From Eledone cirrhosa (Eukaryota), in the NCBI GenBank assembly GCA_964016885.1, contig OZ024743.1, positions 345,154,001-345,218,000 on the forward strand: DNA of 64,000 bases, read 5' to 3'. The notes under the pieces were generated by a model. The model saw nothing but the letters and a program-made list of their open reading frames with translations, was not told the origin of the DNA and searched no databases. Every line of letters begins with the position of its first letter. Position 1 is the first letter of the stretch. A program made the position numbers and the translations under genes. Shown piece by piece: positions 44,931-59,337 of the stretch.

Positions 44931-45064
44931 ATACCTTCCTGCCATATAGTTGAACGTATATACTTACCTTATGCATATTAACGGCTGAGTAGCCCAATTT
45001 GCATATCGAGTGGGTTAATTGGCCGGGTGCACCGAAAATGATAAACGGAAAAAAAGAAACGAAA

Positions 45065-45104
45065 TTGCTGACGATAGCTAACAAGCTTGAAACTAGTACA
45101 GCGT
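45065..45104 (+). ncRNA. Hammerhead ribozyme, inverted-arm copy with shortened helix I
   Basis: TTG-CTGACGA-TAGCTAACAAGCTT-GAAA-CTAG-TA-CAGCGT; the arm begins inside the 5' strand of helix I. Confidence 0.7.
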
Positions 45105-45438
45105 TCCTTTATCAGTGTTGAACAAGCGAGCAACGATGGTTGCTGGACACTACAGCTTAATACGGGACGTTTGTTAACAAACACACCGAGCATTATAATA
45201 AATGTTCGGTGAATCCATACGTACATATATATGTGTGCGCATGTATGTATATATATATACATACTACTGTACGTCTGTATACATATATGTATGTACGTGT
45301 ACATACTTATATTTAAGTAACAGCCGTACTAAGAGTGGGAAATGAAATTTCGTTTCATTTTTTCCGTGTATATGTATATATATATAGGTATATTTGCGTG
45401 TATATATATATGTATGTGTATGTGTATATATATGTATG

Positions 45439-45549
<111 letters not shown>

Positions 45550-45759
45550 GTGTATATGTGTGTCTATATGTATATATATATAGAGATATGTGTGTGTATA
45601 TGTATATATATATATAGTTATAATTATATGTGTATATGTGCATATATATGTATATATGTATATATATGTGTGTGTGTATATACATATATTTATATATATG
45701 TGTATATACATATATATATGTGTGTGTGTATGTATATATATGTATATATATATACATAC

Positions 45760-45790
<31 letters not shown>

Positions 45791-45819
45791 CATATATATA
45801 CATACACACACATATATAT

Positions 45820-45864
<45 letters not shown>

Positions 45865-45874
45865 ACACACACAT

Positions 45875-45907
<33 letters not shown>

Positions 45908-45910
45908 GAT

Positions 45911-46553
45911 ATAGATAGGTAAATATACACGGGTGTGTATGATTGTGTATAGAAGATTATATTAATAAGAGGAATTCCAACTTTGTCTGATTTACTCGTT
46001 TTATTTACAATCCTTTAAAATATATATAATGGTATTATAATGAAATAGTATGATAGAATATTAAATTCTAAGTGTTAATTGAACAAGTACTTTCATGCTT
46101 TCGCAATCTTCAGGTTCATGATATGTGGTGACAGTCGAGTTTGCAATTTTCAACTGTAATGAGATGGGTAAATTTCCTACCTTTTATACATTTTATACAG
46201 AGAAAAGTGGCTCCAGAATGCAAAGCCCTGTAAACTGTATTTCGACCAATCAGTGTGTAGTTTCACTGAATTACTACAGCTGATTGGTTTAAGCGTCACG
46301 GCTGGTTGAGCATGCTAACGACCAATAGTCATATCCAACGTATCAATTGTTTTGCTTTTTTGAAATGATGAAAATAGCATTTTCTATTAATCATCACCAT
46401 CAACATCACTTTTATTATTATTATTATTGTTGTTGTTGTTGTTGTTAGTGGTCGTGGTCATAGTGGTAGTAGAAGTAATACCCCTAGGCGTTATTATTGT
46501 TCATTTAGCTTGGGTTTGAATTTATCAATAAAATTCTTTTCTTTGATTTTTCT
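45911..46553 (-). mobile_element. 5'-truncated Penelope-like element (last EN codons plus pLTR/3' UTR) in (TA)n
   Basis: Near-identical reverse complement of ~55466-56108. Encodes ...[19 protein letters not shown] and then the same UTR with its HHR. Confidence 0.88.
46080..46118 (-). ncRNA. Minimal type-I hammerhead ribozyme
   Basis: TGAAC-CTGAAGA-T TGC GAAA GCA T-GAAA-GTAC-TT-GTTCA; identical to 55902-55940. Confidence 0.85.
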
Positions 46554-46635
46554 CTATATATATATGTATGTATATGTGTGTGTGTATGTGTGTATATATA
46601 TATATATTATATATATATATATATATGTGTATATA

Positions 46636-46716
<81 letters not shown>

Positions 46717-46723
46717 ATGTGTG

Positions 46724-46793
<70 letters not shown>

Positions 46794-47028
46794 TATTTGT
46801 GTATGTGTATTTTTGTATTTCGTATACGTGTATATATGTGTATATCTGTAGATGTGCTTGTATATGTTTGTATATGTGTATATTTATTTATATATATATA
46901 TATGTGTATATATATATGTATATATGTGTGTATATGTGTATATATGTATATATATATATATATGTATATATATGTATATATATGTGTGTGTATGTGTATA
47001 TATATATATGTGTGTGTATATATGTATG

Positions 47029-47059
<31 letters not shown>

Positions 47060-47072
47060 GTATATATATGTG

Positions 47073-47169
<97 letters not shown>

Positions 47170-47184
47170 TACACACACACACAT

Positions 47185-47231
<47 letters not shown>

Positions 47232-47477
47232 CATATATATATATATACATATATATACATACACACACACATATATATATATATATGTATATACACATAT
47301 ATATAAATATATGTATATACACACACACATATATATACATATATACATATATATACACATATACACATATAATTATAACTATATATATATATACATATAC
47401 ACACACATATCTCTATATATATATACATATAGACACACATATACACATATATATATATACACACACATATATATATG

Positions 47478-47509
<32 letters not shown>

Positions 47510-47719
47510 TATAGTATTAAGGGTACTATTTATGGTTATGTATGCAATAAAACCTTTAATGGTAATATATTATATATACAAGCCCTAAATAGTGAAAGAT
47601 AGTCATTAATTACTATCGTATTACCAGTAAGATAAATAGCTCAATGTAATAACATCAGTTGTTTTACAGAGCAGTTATATAGAGATTACAATAATCAAAG
47701 TTCAGTTTAAGTCATTTAT

Positions 47720-47768
47720 TTGCTTACAATTGTTTCCTCCAAACCGAGGTTTGGATTCTTCGGAGCAA
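47720..47768 (-). ncRNA. Hammerhead ribozyme (U4C core variant), left-arm copy
   Basis: Exact reverse complement of 48181-48229. Confidence 0.75.
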
Positions 47769-48180
47769 CTATTTACTGATCTATAACATACTTGACCTCC
47801 TTTTCAACCCAAGAGACACATAAAACATATGCGCATATTGATCAACAGTGGGGTGACATTCATCAAAAGATATAGCATGGCAATTTACATATAAAGGTTG
47901 CAGGATAAAAATAAAAACAAGAATGAAAATAAATATGAAAATAAAGATAAACATGAAGCGTTGGCAGTCTATGAAGATTGACTGCCAACGCTTCATGTTT
48001 ATGTTTATTTTCATTTTTATTTTCATTCTTGTTTTTATTTTTATCCTGCAACCTTTATATGTAAATTGCCATGCTATATCTTTTGATGAATGTCACCCCA
48101 CTGTTGATCAATATGCGCATATGTTTTATGTGTCTCTTGGGTTGAAAAGGAGGTCAAGTATGTTATAGATCAGTAAATAG

Positions 48181-48229
48181 TTGCTCCGAAGAATCCAAAC
48201 CTCGGTTTGGAGGAAACAATTGTAAGCAA
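48181..48229 (+). ncRNA. Hammerhead ribozyme (U4C core variant)
   Basis: TTGCT-CCGAAGA-A TCCAAAC CTCG GTTTGGA G-GAAA-CAATTG-TA-AGCAA. Helix I is TTGCT/AGCAA, helix II is 7 bp, helix III is the palindrome CAATTG; AATAAA follows. Confidence 0.78.
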
Positions 48230-48263
48230 ATAAATGACTTAAACTGAACTTTGACTATTGTAA

Positions 48264-48392
<129 letters not shown>

Positions 48393-48393
48393 G

Positions 48394-48443
<50 letters not shown>

Positions 48444-48491
48444 AATGTGTGTGTGTGTATGTGTGTGTGTGTATATGAATGTGTCTGTTGA

Positions 48492-48882
48492 CACCTGGAA
48501 TATAGCTTAAGAGAAACATAACAATAATGAATGATAGGCACCCAATATTTTGAACTGGTTCATAGAATTCTCTTGAACTTTGTCACTCTAAGTGGAGCTT
48601 TAAAGAATTAGCTTTTAAAGAATTTCCCTTTTCTTTAAATCCATCAACCATGACTGACCCCCAACCACCTTATAGTCACCTGAAATATAGGCATTGTTAG
48701 CTTAAGAGAAACTTAAAAATAAGGAGTGGCACCCCAATTTGAAATTTTTATAGAATTCTTTCTGCTTTTGTCACTCTAAATATAAATTATAGCTTTAAAG
48801 AATTAGCTTTTAATGAACCCCCTTTTCTTTCAACCAATAACCTCCACCCATCACACTCCCCACCCTCTCCTACCACCTGAAA
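48492..48882. repeat. Diverged ~186-196-bp tandem repeat (two copies plus the start of a third)
   Basis: Shared blocks CACCTG(G/A)AA, AGCTTAAGAGAAAC, ATAGAATTCT, TTTGTCACTCTAA and AGCTTTAAAGAATTAGCTTTTAA, with unit starts at ~48492, ~48678 and ~48874. Confidence 0.8.
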
Positions 48883-49052
48883 AGATATAAATAGCACAAC
48901 ATTTATTTTGGAAAGCCAGATTCCTGATGATTTCTAAAGAATTTTACAGTTCTAGTCCTGTAGAATCTCATCTATATTAAACCTTTTTACTCTGCTATGT
49001 ATTGAGTACCTTACTTACTGTGTTTACCTCAGATTCAACCCGAAATAACTTA

Positions 49053-49089
<37 letters not shown>

Positions 49090-50429
49090 CTGTTCTTCGA
49101 ATCATGGAAATCCTCGTTACATAATGGTACCAAATTGTATAGCATTGAAAATATATATGCCGGTAATATCGCCAAACGTGTAATATTTTCTAAATAACAA
49201 TTTGTATATACATTTATTGTTGATATTTTGCGTGTTTCCACACATTCCTGATTACTGTGCTACGGTATATATAAACCCGAAGACATTCTCACGATTCTGT
49301 TGACATCACACTTGAAAAGGGCATTATGTGTCCATTGACGTCTATGAATACCACTATGCCAGAAATATAATGCTTTCTGAATTACTTTATCTCAGTTATA
49401 TTTACCTCTATTTCTTTGCGTTCCGAATCATTCTAAAAGTGACATACTGTTGTGTATGAAAACTAATACAATCGAAACGCCATTGTTGCTTTCACAAGTT
49501 CGGTTTAAAGACAAGAACTATGTGTAAATATACTATCTTTATTTTCTACAAAGTTGAATTCGCTGATGTTACAATTAACCACCTTGCTTTTAATTTTTAG
49601 ATTGTGACGAATCTAAAGCTCTTTGTTTACTAAATATCTAAGCAATATCAAAGAACTGATACAGCCGCAACAAGATCTTAAATATAGCTCATAGATACCC
49701 ATCTTCAAATGAGAACATCACATACCTTCACATATTATTCTATAAACTGTAGCCCCTCGTTTAATAACATGTTGAACAAAATTGTGCTTAGATTTAACTA
49801 AGCCAGCAGACATAGTGTGAAAGTGTTTGACACACAAACAGCCTGGTTCGTTTCAAGTTAGGTGTGATTTTAATCTCCCTTGATCAAATCAATTCACATT
49901 GATTAGCTATTTAGTGAATATGCGAGGCAGAGTGCTAACCAGAAACAAACCAAATTCCAAGTGCTTATCAATATGTCCGAACACGGAAGAGCCGAACTCT
50001 TACTGACATCGCATCCATCTCTCTCGCCTGCCACATCTGTCTGTAATACAAGCAAATGGGTTCCCACGTGCTGGCCGCCCCACAGCCCCGGCGGACAGAA
50101 CAGAGAAGGCATTTGGCCGGAGCATGGTAAGGGAGACGCACTGGAAATACCAGTTTAGCACTGGGGTTGATTACTCCTCTTTTTCTCTTTCTCACTTCCT
50201 TTCTATCATTTTCTCTCTTTCACTGGAAGAAATAGGGTGTATTTAGAGTTGGAGAGGCTGGCACCGCCAGGCTTAAAATGCCTGATAAACGCCACGTGTC
50301 ACTACAGTGCCCCTACAATTCCAACAAGAATTATGGTAACATACCATGTGTAGGCCTGGTATTTATATATATCTGGCTGATTATATATATATATATATAT
50401 ATACTCATACATTTATATATATATATATA

Positions 50430-50605
<176 letters not shown>

Positions 50606-50627
50606 TATATATATATATATATATAAT

Positions 50628-51032
<405 letters not shown>

Positions 51033-51036
<4 letters not shown>

Positions 51037-51830
51037 CATAAAACATGTCTATAGAATCACAAGATAAAATATATACTATTTCCTGATCCAATTAGCATAA
51101 TTAACTATATAAAAAATCGAATAGACCAGGCTATACGAATGAGGCTTCTATGAAGGAATCTCCGACAAATAACCAAAACTAGCGCTTTGCGTCGGCCGTA
51201 GTGGAATATTTATCGAATATTTCGACAGCGTAATCGCCTAGATACAGTCAACTAAGCAGAATTAGGTTTAAAATAAACTAGGAGAAAATAGAATACATTT
51301 AAATACCTCTACCATGGTTTCGTCCGTGCTTTCTAGCAAAAATGCCACCAGTCGTAAGCAACTACCACACCCCTTCCAAATTGACCGCGACTACGTCACG
51401 ATTTTTAGCCATTTTGAAATGAATTCTTGGCGCGATCGTTTTGGAAAATTTAATGTCTAGATATGAGCGAGCTTCCTGAAGAATCCGGCGCTCGAGTTTA
51501 TATAATTATTACATAATTATTGGAAAACTCTAAACACGGACGAAACCATGGTAGAGGTATTTAAATGTATTCTATTTTCTCCTAGTTTATTTTAAACCTA
51601 ATTCTGCTTAGTTGACTGTATCTAGGCGATTACGCTGTCGAAATATTCGATAAATATTCCACTACGGCCGACGCGAAGCGCTAGTTTTGGTTATTTGTCG
51701 GAGATTCCTTCATAGAAGCCTCATTCGTATAGCCTCGTCTATTCGATTTTTTATATAGTTAATTATGCTAATTGGGAGAAGAAATAATATATATTTTATC
51801 TTGTGATTCTATAGATATGATTTATGATAT
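51033..51830. mobile_element. Inverted-repeat element (arms ~296 bp, ~206-bp spacer) truncated inside an HHR
   Basis: Arms 51033-51328 and 51535-51830. The inner ends read CACGGAC-GAAA-CCATGG-TA-GAGG (3' strand of helix II, GAAA, palindromic helix III); the CUGANGA half is missing. Confidence 0.8.
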
Positions 51831-52066
51831 ATAGCTCTGATTGTTTAATTTATTAATTTTTCATTGAGCCACAAAGTGACCGGTTGCAAAACACATATAT
51901 GTATGTGTATGTATATATATATGTAAACTTTTATATATATATATATTAGAAAGTGAGGTTTTCTTTACAAAATGAAAAATAACCGAGGTGTCCTGCACGA
52001 GTGATGAAAGTATAAAGAGAAAAAGATGAAATCGAAAATGCAACTGGAGTCTTATTTTTAAGATAT

Positions 52067-52149
<83 letters not shown>

Positions 52150-52150
<1 letters not shown>

Positions 52151-52253
52151 CGTATGTCCCGACATCGAAGACGCTAATTCTTTCCTAAAATAAGTCTCAA
52201 AAATCTACCATGCATCCTCGAGGACGAAGTGTCTTCGGCGCCGGGAAATATGA
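52150..52253. mobile_element. Small MITE-like inverted repeat with a Tc2/pogo-like terminus
   Basis: CCGTATGTCCCGACATCGAAGACGC ... GTGTCTTCGGCGCCGGGAAATATG are imperfect ~24-bp inverted repeats. The CCGTAT terminus resembles Tc2-group ends. Confidence 0.45.
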
Positions 52254-53097
52254 TAGTGTGATTCAGTAGATGAGTGGTTTACTGAAGAAGGTACTAAAAT
52301 CAACACTCTATGCTATGGAAGAGAGTTTATATGAAGAACAAAATGAGGTTTCGCATTAAGGTCTTTATTGATTATACACATTTACAACCGTGTCACAGAT
52401 CTTTGGCACAGGATGTATGTTAATATTATAATCCCGACTCCAGTCAAAACTGCTAATCATATTTGTTGATGAAGCAAAACCAACATTTCATTTGATGGGA
52501 TCACTTGCGAAGTTATAATACATACAGGAGCTTCTCAGCGGGTTTACCTGCATTTTATGAACTTCACATATGAGAGAGAGAGAGAATAAATAACTAACTT
52601 CTGTTAAGCACATGGTGCCAACTAGTGGGCAGTGTGAATCAGTTAGCCCAAGGTAGCTTGAATAAGGTATTAGGTCACTAAAAATAGCAGTCCATAGCCA
52701 ATCATGTAGACAAAGGCTAAACTATATTAATTAATAAATTAGGAGCCCAAATACATCACATTAAAAGGTGGAGTTAAAACTCACAATAATCCCTATGTTC
52801 CATGGAGCTCAAGGAAGAGAGACCGAGCTCTTTATAAATCATAGCAATGAGAGAAAGGCACATAATACACTATGTCAGATAATACAGGATAAAGTATCAC
52901 CCTGGTAAAGCTCATTAAAACTATTGGTTGAGCGGTGAATGCAAAATAATAAAAGAATTATCAAAGGTTCGTACACTGATTATTCTTTTATTAATTTGTA
53001 TTACTGCAATTCGCCATATTCATCGAGTGAGCTAGACGCTGGCCGGGAGACGCTGTATTTAAACCGGTTATCTGTGTTACTTTTATTATATATATAC

Positions 53098-53277
53098 GGC
53101 GGTTATCGGTAGAGGGTTGGACGCCATGCTTTGACGCATAGAGTTACGGCCCTTGCCATTCTGAGTTCAAATCCCGCCGAGGTTAACTTTGCCTTTCATC
53201 CTTACGAGGTCGATAAAATAAAGTACCAGTAATACACTGGGTATTTACTGGGCTTGTGCCAAAAGTAGAAACAATTA
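53098..53277 (+). mobile_element. tRNA-derived SINE (octopus-type), internally deleted or diverged
   Basis: Pol III B-box-like GAGTTCAAATCC, followed by the conserved SINE core CTTTGCCTTTCATCCTT.CG.GGTCGATAAAATAAAGTACCAGT and the tail GGGCTTGTGCCAAAAGTAGAAA. Recognised from memory of the family. Confidence 0.8.
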
Positions 53278-53287
53278 TATATATATC

Positions 53288-53940
53288 TTGCCCGCAACCA
53301 GAGCTTCGATTATGCTGTACTACCTTCTTGTATTATTATCTCCTAGGCTTAATGATTAATCGATTAATTTAATTAGAGAATTCTATTGATTGGTTAATTG
53401 TTTATGTTTGTTTAATAACATCTAGTTGAGAGCTTTTATTCGGTTTGTGTAAAGGATTTAAATCCTTTGTTCAAATTTTGAATTTGACCGCCAAAACTGG
53501 GGGTTACCTCCCTTCGGAGAAACCACGTGACTACTAGCAGTGTTTACTACTAGTTCTTTCAACCAGCGGCGGCAGAACAAACACTTGTTGACGAAGTAAA
53601 TTCCACTGTTCTATCTTCCAAAGACTTATTAACTTGCAGGCCCCTGCAAATAGATTTTGTTGATTTTGGATTTACAGAAACCTAGTGGAGATGTTATATT
53701 ATATTATGTAATATACCCACGATGGTCCAGGTAATTGTCAAAGATTTCCCTGAGTTGGTTTTTTCGTTGTTCTAGTCCTAGCGGCTCGCATTTCGGTTGC
53801 TGGCTTCAATTTGCATAGCTGTCTAAACGTAATGATATAACTCTAAGGTAAAATTCCTTATTGAGTGCTTTTGGCTGCACTTCCCGACAGCATTCGTTAG
53901 CTTGCCCGCAACCAGAGCTTCGATTATGCTGTACAACCTT
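53288..53940. mobile_element. Partial-tandem element (~613-nt unit, 34-bp terminal direct repeat) between TA tracts
   Basis: CTTGCCCGCAACCAGAGCTTCGATTATGCTGTAC at 53288 and 53901. No canonical HHR found by eye. Confidence 0.55.
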
Positions 53941-53994
53941 ATTATATATATATATATAAGCTGCTTTCATATATAAGCTTCTTATATATAAGCT

Positions 53995-54141
53995 ATATAT
54001 TAATTTATTAAAATACAGATTAAAGTTTAAGCAAAGAATCGCTGCTTTCACCCTTCACGGGATCTTCTGAAACTCAGAAGATCCCGTTAAGGGTGAAAGC
54101 AGCGATTATTTGCTTAAACTTTAATCTGTTATTTTAATAAA

Positions 54142-54150
<9 letters not shown>
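53995..54150. mobile_element. Short palindrome next to (TA)n (family A, copy 2)
   Basis: Same arms as 44265-44401 but a different centre (GATCTTCTGA-AAC-TCAGAAGATC). Confidence 0.75.
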
Positions 54151-54186
<36 letters not shown>

Positions 54187-54494
54187 ATGTGTGTGTGTGT
54201 GTCTGTGCATATATGAAGAGTTAAATTTGTATATAACCTCATTATATTGTATTGTTCTCCCGTGTTGTTTTTTCATGTTAATTTATATGTACATACATGA
54301 AGAGGAACCGGGGGATGGATGTATCGTCTCGAAGATAATTCTATGGTGTTGCATAACTGCTATTGATTAATCAATATATCGATAAAAGGTTACTTTATTT
54401 TGACCTTTCAAATGATCGTAGTACATCAGATAATTTAAGTGCTAAACGATGCCTTATTTGTTTTTACTGTTCAACGTTAATATGTATGTATATA

Positions 54495-54534
<40 letters not shown>

Positions 54535-54543
54535 CATGTATGT

Positions 54544-54612
<69 letters not shown>

Positions 54613-54726
54613 TAAGAGGAATTCCAACTTTGTCTGATTTACTCGTTTTATTTACAATCCTTTAAAATATATATAATGGTATTATAATGAAATAGTATGA
54701 TAGAATATTAAATTCTAAGTGTTAAT

Positions 54727-54765
54727 TGAACAAGTACTTTCATGCTTTCGCAATCTTCAGGTTCA
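54727..54765 (-). ncRNA. Minimal hammerhead ribozyme, inverted-arm copy
   Basis: Reverse complement of 55902-55940. Confidence 0.85.
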
Positions 54766-55301
54766 TGATATGTGGTGACAGTCGAGTTTGCAATTTTCAA
54801 CTGTAATGAGATGGGTAAATTTCCTACCTTTTATACATTTTATACAGAGAAAAGTGGCTCCAGAATGCAAAGCCCTGTAAACTGTATTTCGACCAATCAG
54901 TGTGTAGTTTCACTGAATTACTACAGCTGATTGGTTTAAGCGTCACGGCTGGTTGAACATGCTAACGACCAATAGTCATATCCAACGTATCAATTGTTTT
55001 GCTTTTTTGAAATGATGAAAATAGCATTTTCTATTAATCATCACCATCAACATCACTTTTATTATTATTATTATTGTTGTTGTTGTTGTTGTTAGTGGTC
55101 GTGGTCATAGTGGTAGTAGAAGTAATACCCCTAGGCGTTATTATTGTTCATTTAGCTTGGGTTTGAATTTATCAATAAAATTCTTTTCTTTGATTTTTCT
55201 CTTGATTTCATTTGGGCTGTGTAATTTGTAGAATGGGAATATTATAAATATTCCCTGACCACATGTTGCCAGGTGGCCGCTTAGGGTATCTGGGGTATCT
55301 G

Positions 55302-55526
55302 GGTCAAACTGGAAATGCACTATCGGAACGTGCACGGGTACACCGTCAACAAATCAGAGACCCAAATGTCCGTCAGATACCCCTAAGCGGCCACCTGGCA
55401 ACATGTGGTCAGGGAATATTTATAATATTCCCATTCTACAAATTACACAGCCCAAATGAAATCAAGAGAAAAATCAAAGAAAAGAATTTTATTGATAAAT
55501 TCAAACCCAAGCTAAATGAACAATAA
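55302..55526 (+). pseudogene. C-terminal fragment of a Penelope-type GIY-YIG endonuclease
   Basis: GQTGNALSERARVHRQQI...LSGHLATC...[17 protein letters not shown] matches the (YI)GQT-x-L-xx-R-xx-H...H...R-xxx-E-xx-FI...P-x-LN pattern. It is truncated exactly at the YIG motif. Confidence 0.88.
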
Positions 55527-55901
55527 TAACGCCTAGGGGTATTACTTCTACTACCACTATGACCACGACCACTAACAACAACAACAACAACAATAATAAT
55601 AATAATAAAAGTGATGTTGATGGTGATGATTAATAGAAAATGCTATTTTCATCATTTCAAAAAAGCAAAACAATTGATACGTTGGATATGACTATTGGTC
55701 GTTAGCATGTTCAACCAGCCGTGACGCTTAAACCAATCAGCTGTAGTAATTCAGTGAAACTACACACTGATTGGTCGAAATACAGTTTACAGGGCTTTGC
55801 ATTCTGGAGCCACTTTTCTCTGTATAAAATGTATAAAAGGTAGGAAATTTACCCATCTCATTACAGTTGAAAATTGCAAACTCGACTGTCACCACATATC
55901 A

Positions 55902-55940
55902 TGAACCTGAAGATTGCGAAAGCATGAAAGTACTTGTTCA
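55902..55940 (+). ncRNA. Minimal type-I hammerhead ribozyme in the PLE pLTR
   Basis: TGAAC-CTGAAGA-T TGC GAAA GCA T-GAAA-GTAC-TT-GTTCA. Helix I is TGAAC/GTTCA, helix II has a GNRA loop, helix III is the palindrome GTAC. Sense to the EN ORF. Confidence 0.88.
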
Positions 55941-56104
55941 ATTAACACTTAGAATTTAATATTCTATCATACTATTTCATTATAATACCATTATATATAT
56001 TTTAAAGGATTGTAAATAAAACGAGTAAATCAGACAAAGTTGGAATTCCTCTTATTAATATAATCTTCTATACACAATCATACACACCCGTGTATATTTA
56101 CCTA

Positions 56105-56490
<386 letters not shown>

Positions 56491-56948
56491 TATATATATA
56501 TATATCTACGATTTCACAGAACTTACGCTCACCGAATTCACAGACTAGATCCCTTCTTCCTCCCGTTAGACCTGTACGGAATTCCTTCCTTGCTCACATT
56601 CCAACCAGGTTTGATGGTCTTTATTCTCTCTCGTTCACGATTTCACCGAACTTATATTCATGGAAATTTGGTACTTGACTCCTTCTTCCTCACTTTACGT
56701 TGCTTCACCATCTTTGTTTGTTTACACTCTCGTGTCCCCTTTATTTATGTGTCCCAACGACTTTTTTTAGCCGTTGGTCGCACCAACCGGAGGTATATGG
56801 TCTTTAAAGCGATGAAATACCAATGATGGTTGGAAGATCACTGATGAAGGACTAACTTTATTCATATATAACCCATTAGCAACCACGCAGCACGTTTATT
56901 CTCATATTTACATAAATATATATATATATATACATATATACAAATATG

Positions 56949-57033
<85 letters not shown>

Positions 57034-57099
57034 ACACATGTGTGTGTGTCTCTCAGCCTAGCTATCTAAATACCGCTTGATCAATTATCTATACTCACA

Positions 57100-57550
57100 T
57101 TATGTCTTCCTATTGCTTCAAAATATCTTCCCCTTACTCGTCTTTATTTCTTCCTCTATTCTTCAATTTATTTAATTCTTTCCTTCTATTTTATATTTTC
57201 CTCTCATTTTTATGCATTTCGTTACGTTCCTTTTTTTCCCTCCATCTTAAAGTTCTTGTTTTGCTGTTGTCTATCATAATTTCATTCCTTCTTTCTCCTT
57301 TCTTTCTTTCATTCATTCTTTTATTATTTCTCTTTCTTTGTTACCTTTTATTTCATTCCATTTTTTTTCTTGTCATTCACGCTTTCTCTCTTCTCACTCT
57401 ATCCCATCTTTCTAACTTTCTCTTTCTCCCAACTATATACTATATTTCCTTTCTTACGTTATTCCTCGTTTTACTTCCTTTCTTTTCAGCTTGCTGTCTT
57501 CTTTTCTTTGCTTCATTATTCCTTTTCAATCTATGAGACTATTTTATTTT
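57100..57550. repeat. Pyrimidine-rich (T/C) low-complexity tract
   Basis: TTC/TTT-rich; produces the spurious Phe/Leu/Ser ORF 57102-57536. Confidence 0.75.
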
Positions 57551-57772
57551 TCTGCAGTTATATTAGTTGACAAAACCAGTAAGTTATCACAGACAAATGA
57601 AATCTAAAAACAGAAGAAAAAATATCAAATAGCGAAAAACAATAAAAAAGAAAAAGGAAAAAATAGCAACCAAAAATGACAACAGAATTTTTTTTTTAAA
57701 TATACAGCCAAACAGAAAGACATATATAGAGACAAAATACCGTAAAACATCTCAGCAATAATAATAATAATT

Positions 57773-57881
<109 letters not shown>

Positions 57882-58940
57882 TACAATTAGTAAAAATCTA
57901 ACAAGCATTGAAATAAGCCATCAAATATACAAACAATGAAATGAAACAAAAATGTGCAAATGTTTATATATTTTTTAGGGATTTGATGTTGTTATTGTTG
58001 CTCTTGTTCTTGTGTGTGACTGACGAAAATTTTCCAGTTGCTAACTAGATTACTAATTAGTAATTATTGAATAACAATCATATACATAACAAGAAGAACA
58101 ACCACAAAAAACGGATGTAGTTTATATTTCTTTAGTGGTTTATTGTTTACTGTTTATTTATTTAATTTATTATTATTGTTGTTGTTGCTCTTGTTATTGT
58201 TATTTTCTTTGTTTATTTTATTCTTTTTACTACCTTTCCTGTACTTTGTTCGTTTTATTGAAATTGGGAAGCTTTGGCTTCGCAAAAAAATCAAAAAAAC
58301 CTAAAAAAGACAAAAAATAAAAAAATAAAATAAAAAAAAACGAAAGCAAACATAAAACAAAATATATGTTGTAAATACAATGAAAAAAATAAAATAAAAT
58401 ATATAATAAAATAGAATAAATTAGAATAAAAAGAATAGAATTAGTAAAAAAAGAAGGGGCGGGGGGCGGTTGGTGTAGGAGAGAATTAGTGGAGGGATGG
58501 TAGTTAATTGGTAGAGATTGAAATAACACCTGATCAATATGGCTTATTTAAGTAGAACTGAGGCAGAGAGAATAAAGAAATTAAGAAATAAAGAAGCAGT
58601 AAAAGTTGAAACTGGTTGTTGGATGTGTGAAGGGTAAACGTCATAGTGGCAAGAATACTTCTAAGTACACTAGTGACTTATACATGAAAGGAAAACGAGT
58701 TTTCATAGCTAAATAATAAGAAAATCAATAAGTTAAATAAGAAAGCATTCTGACAGGTTAGTAACAACAACAACAACGACGACGACGATGACAACAACAA
58801 TAACAAAAACAACAGCAAAAATAACATCAACAATAAATACAGCTACGAGAATACTACGAAAACCGAACCATTAATAGTGTTCAGGATATGAGAACTTTAT
58901 AGATCTAAACCAAAGAATTATGAAAAATCCTTATTTATTG

Positions 58941-59337
58941 TACGAGGGTAATCCCAAAAGTAAGGTCTCCAAAGCGATGGGGACGCAGATAAACTGTTCG
59001 TACGGCTGTTGGCAACACTGTTGCGATTGGTGCTCCTTCACTCTCAAACAAGCATGCGCGCGCTTCGCTGGGATGCTCAATCTTGGCTTGGCAGCCGTTG
59101 AGAATGGAGCTCGCGTTGAACGCTACCGCCAAGTGCGAATTTCGCGCAGTTATTATATACGAGGGCAATCCCCAAAGTAAGGTCTCCTTCCGATGAAAAT
59201 ATGTATAAAGATCGGCGGATCACTCTGGATGCTCTCTGCATTTTGGTTCCTTGGGTTTCTCGAAGCACCATCCACAGGATTTTAACAGAAAAGTTGCAAT
59301 ATAGGAAGGAGACCTTAGTTTTGGGATTGCCCTCGTA
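58941..59337 (+). mobile_element. Mariner-family DNA transposon relic: 5' end plus a nested 180-bp MITE
   Basis: TIR TA|CGAGGG(T/C)AATCCC(A/C)AAAGTAAGGTCTCC at 58941 and 59158, inverted at 59308-59337 with TA. Transposase pieces: MELALNATAKCEFRAVI (59104-59154) and DENMYKDRRITLDALCILVPWVSRSTIHRILTEKLQYRK (59192-59308, second HTH). Confidence 0.9.

Larger units (their letters stand above)
44682..45310. mobile_element. Inverted-repeat element (arms ~245 bp, ~137-bp spacer) carrying HHRs, in TA-rich microsatellite
   Basis: Arms 44682-44927 and 45065-45310 are reverse complements with scattered mismatches. Confidence 0.8.

Noticed and set aside
49903-50195. GC-richer island with short ORFs on both strands
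   Set aside because: No recognisable domain or splice structure; probably a repeat fragment.
54288-54352. ATGAAGA...CGAAGATAATTCTA hammerhead-like arrangement
   Set aside because: Both core segments deviate and helix I is poor; too degenerate to call.
55141-55335. Minus-strand ORF ending like the GIY-YIG fragment
   Set aside because: Mirror image from the inverted arm, not a separate gene.
56836-56870. CTGATGA hammerhead-like start
   Set aside because: No helix II, GAAA or helix I partner downstream; at best a truncated remnant.
57102-57536. 144-aa membrane-protein-like ORF
   Set aside because: T/C-rich low complexity with no recognisable motif.
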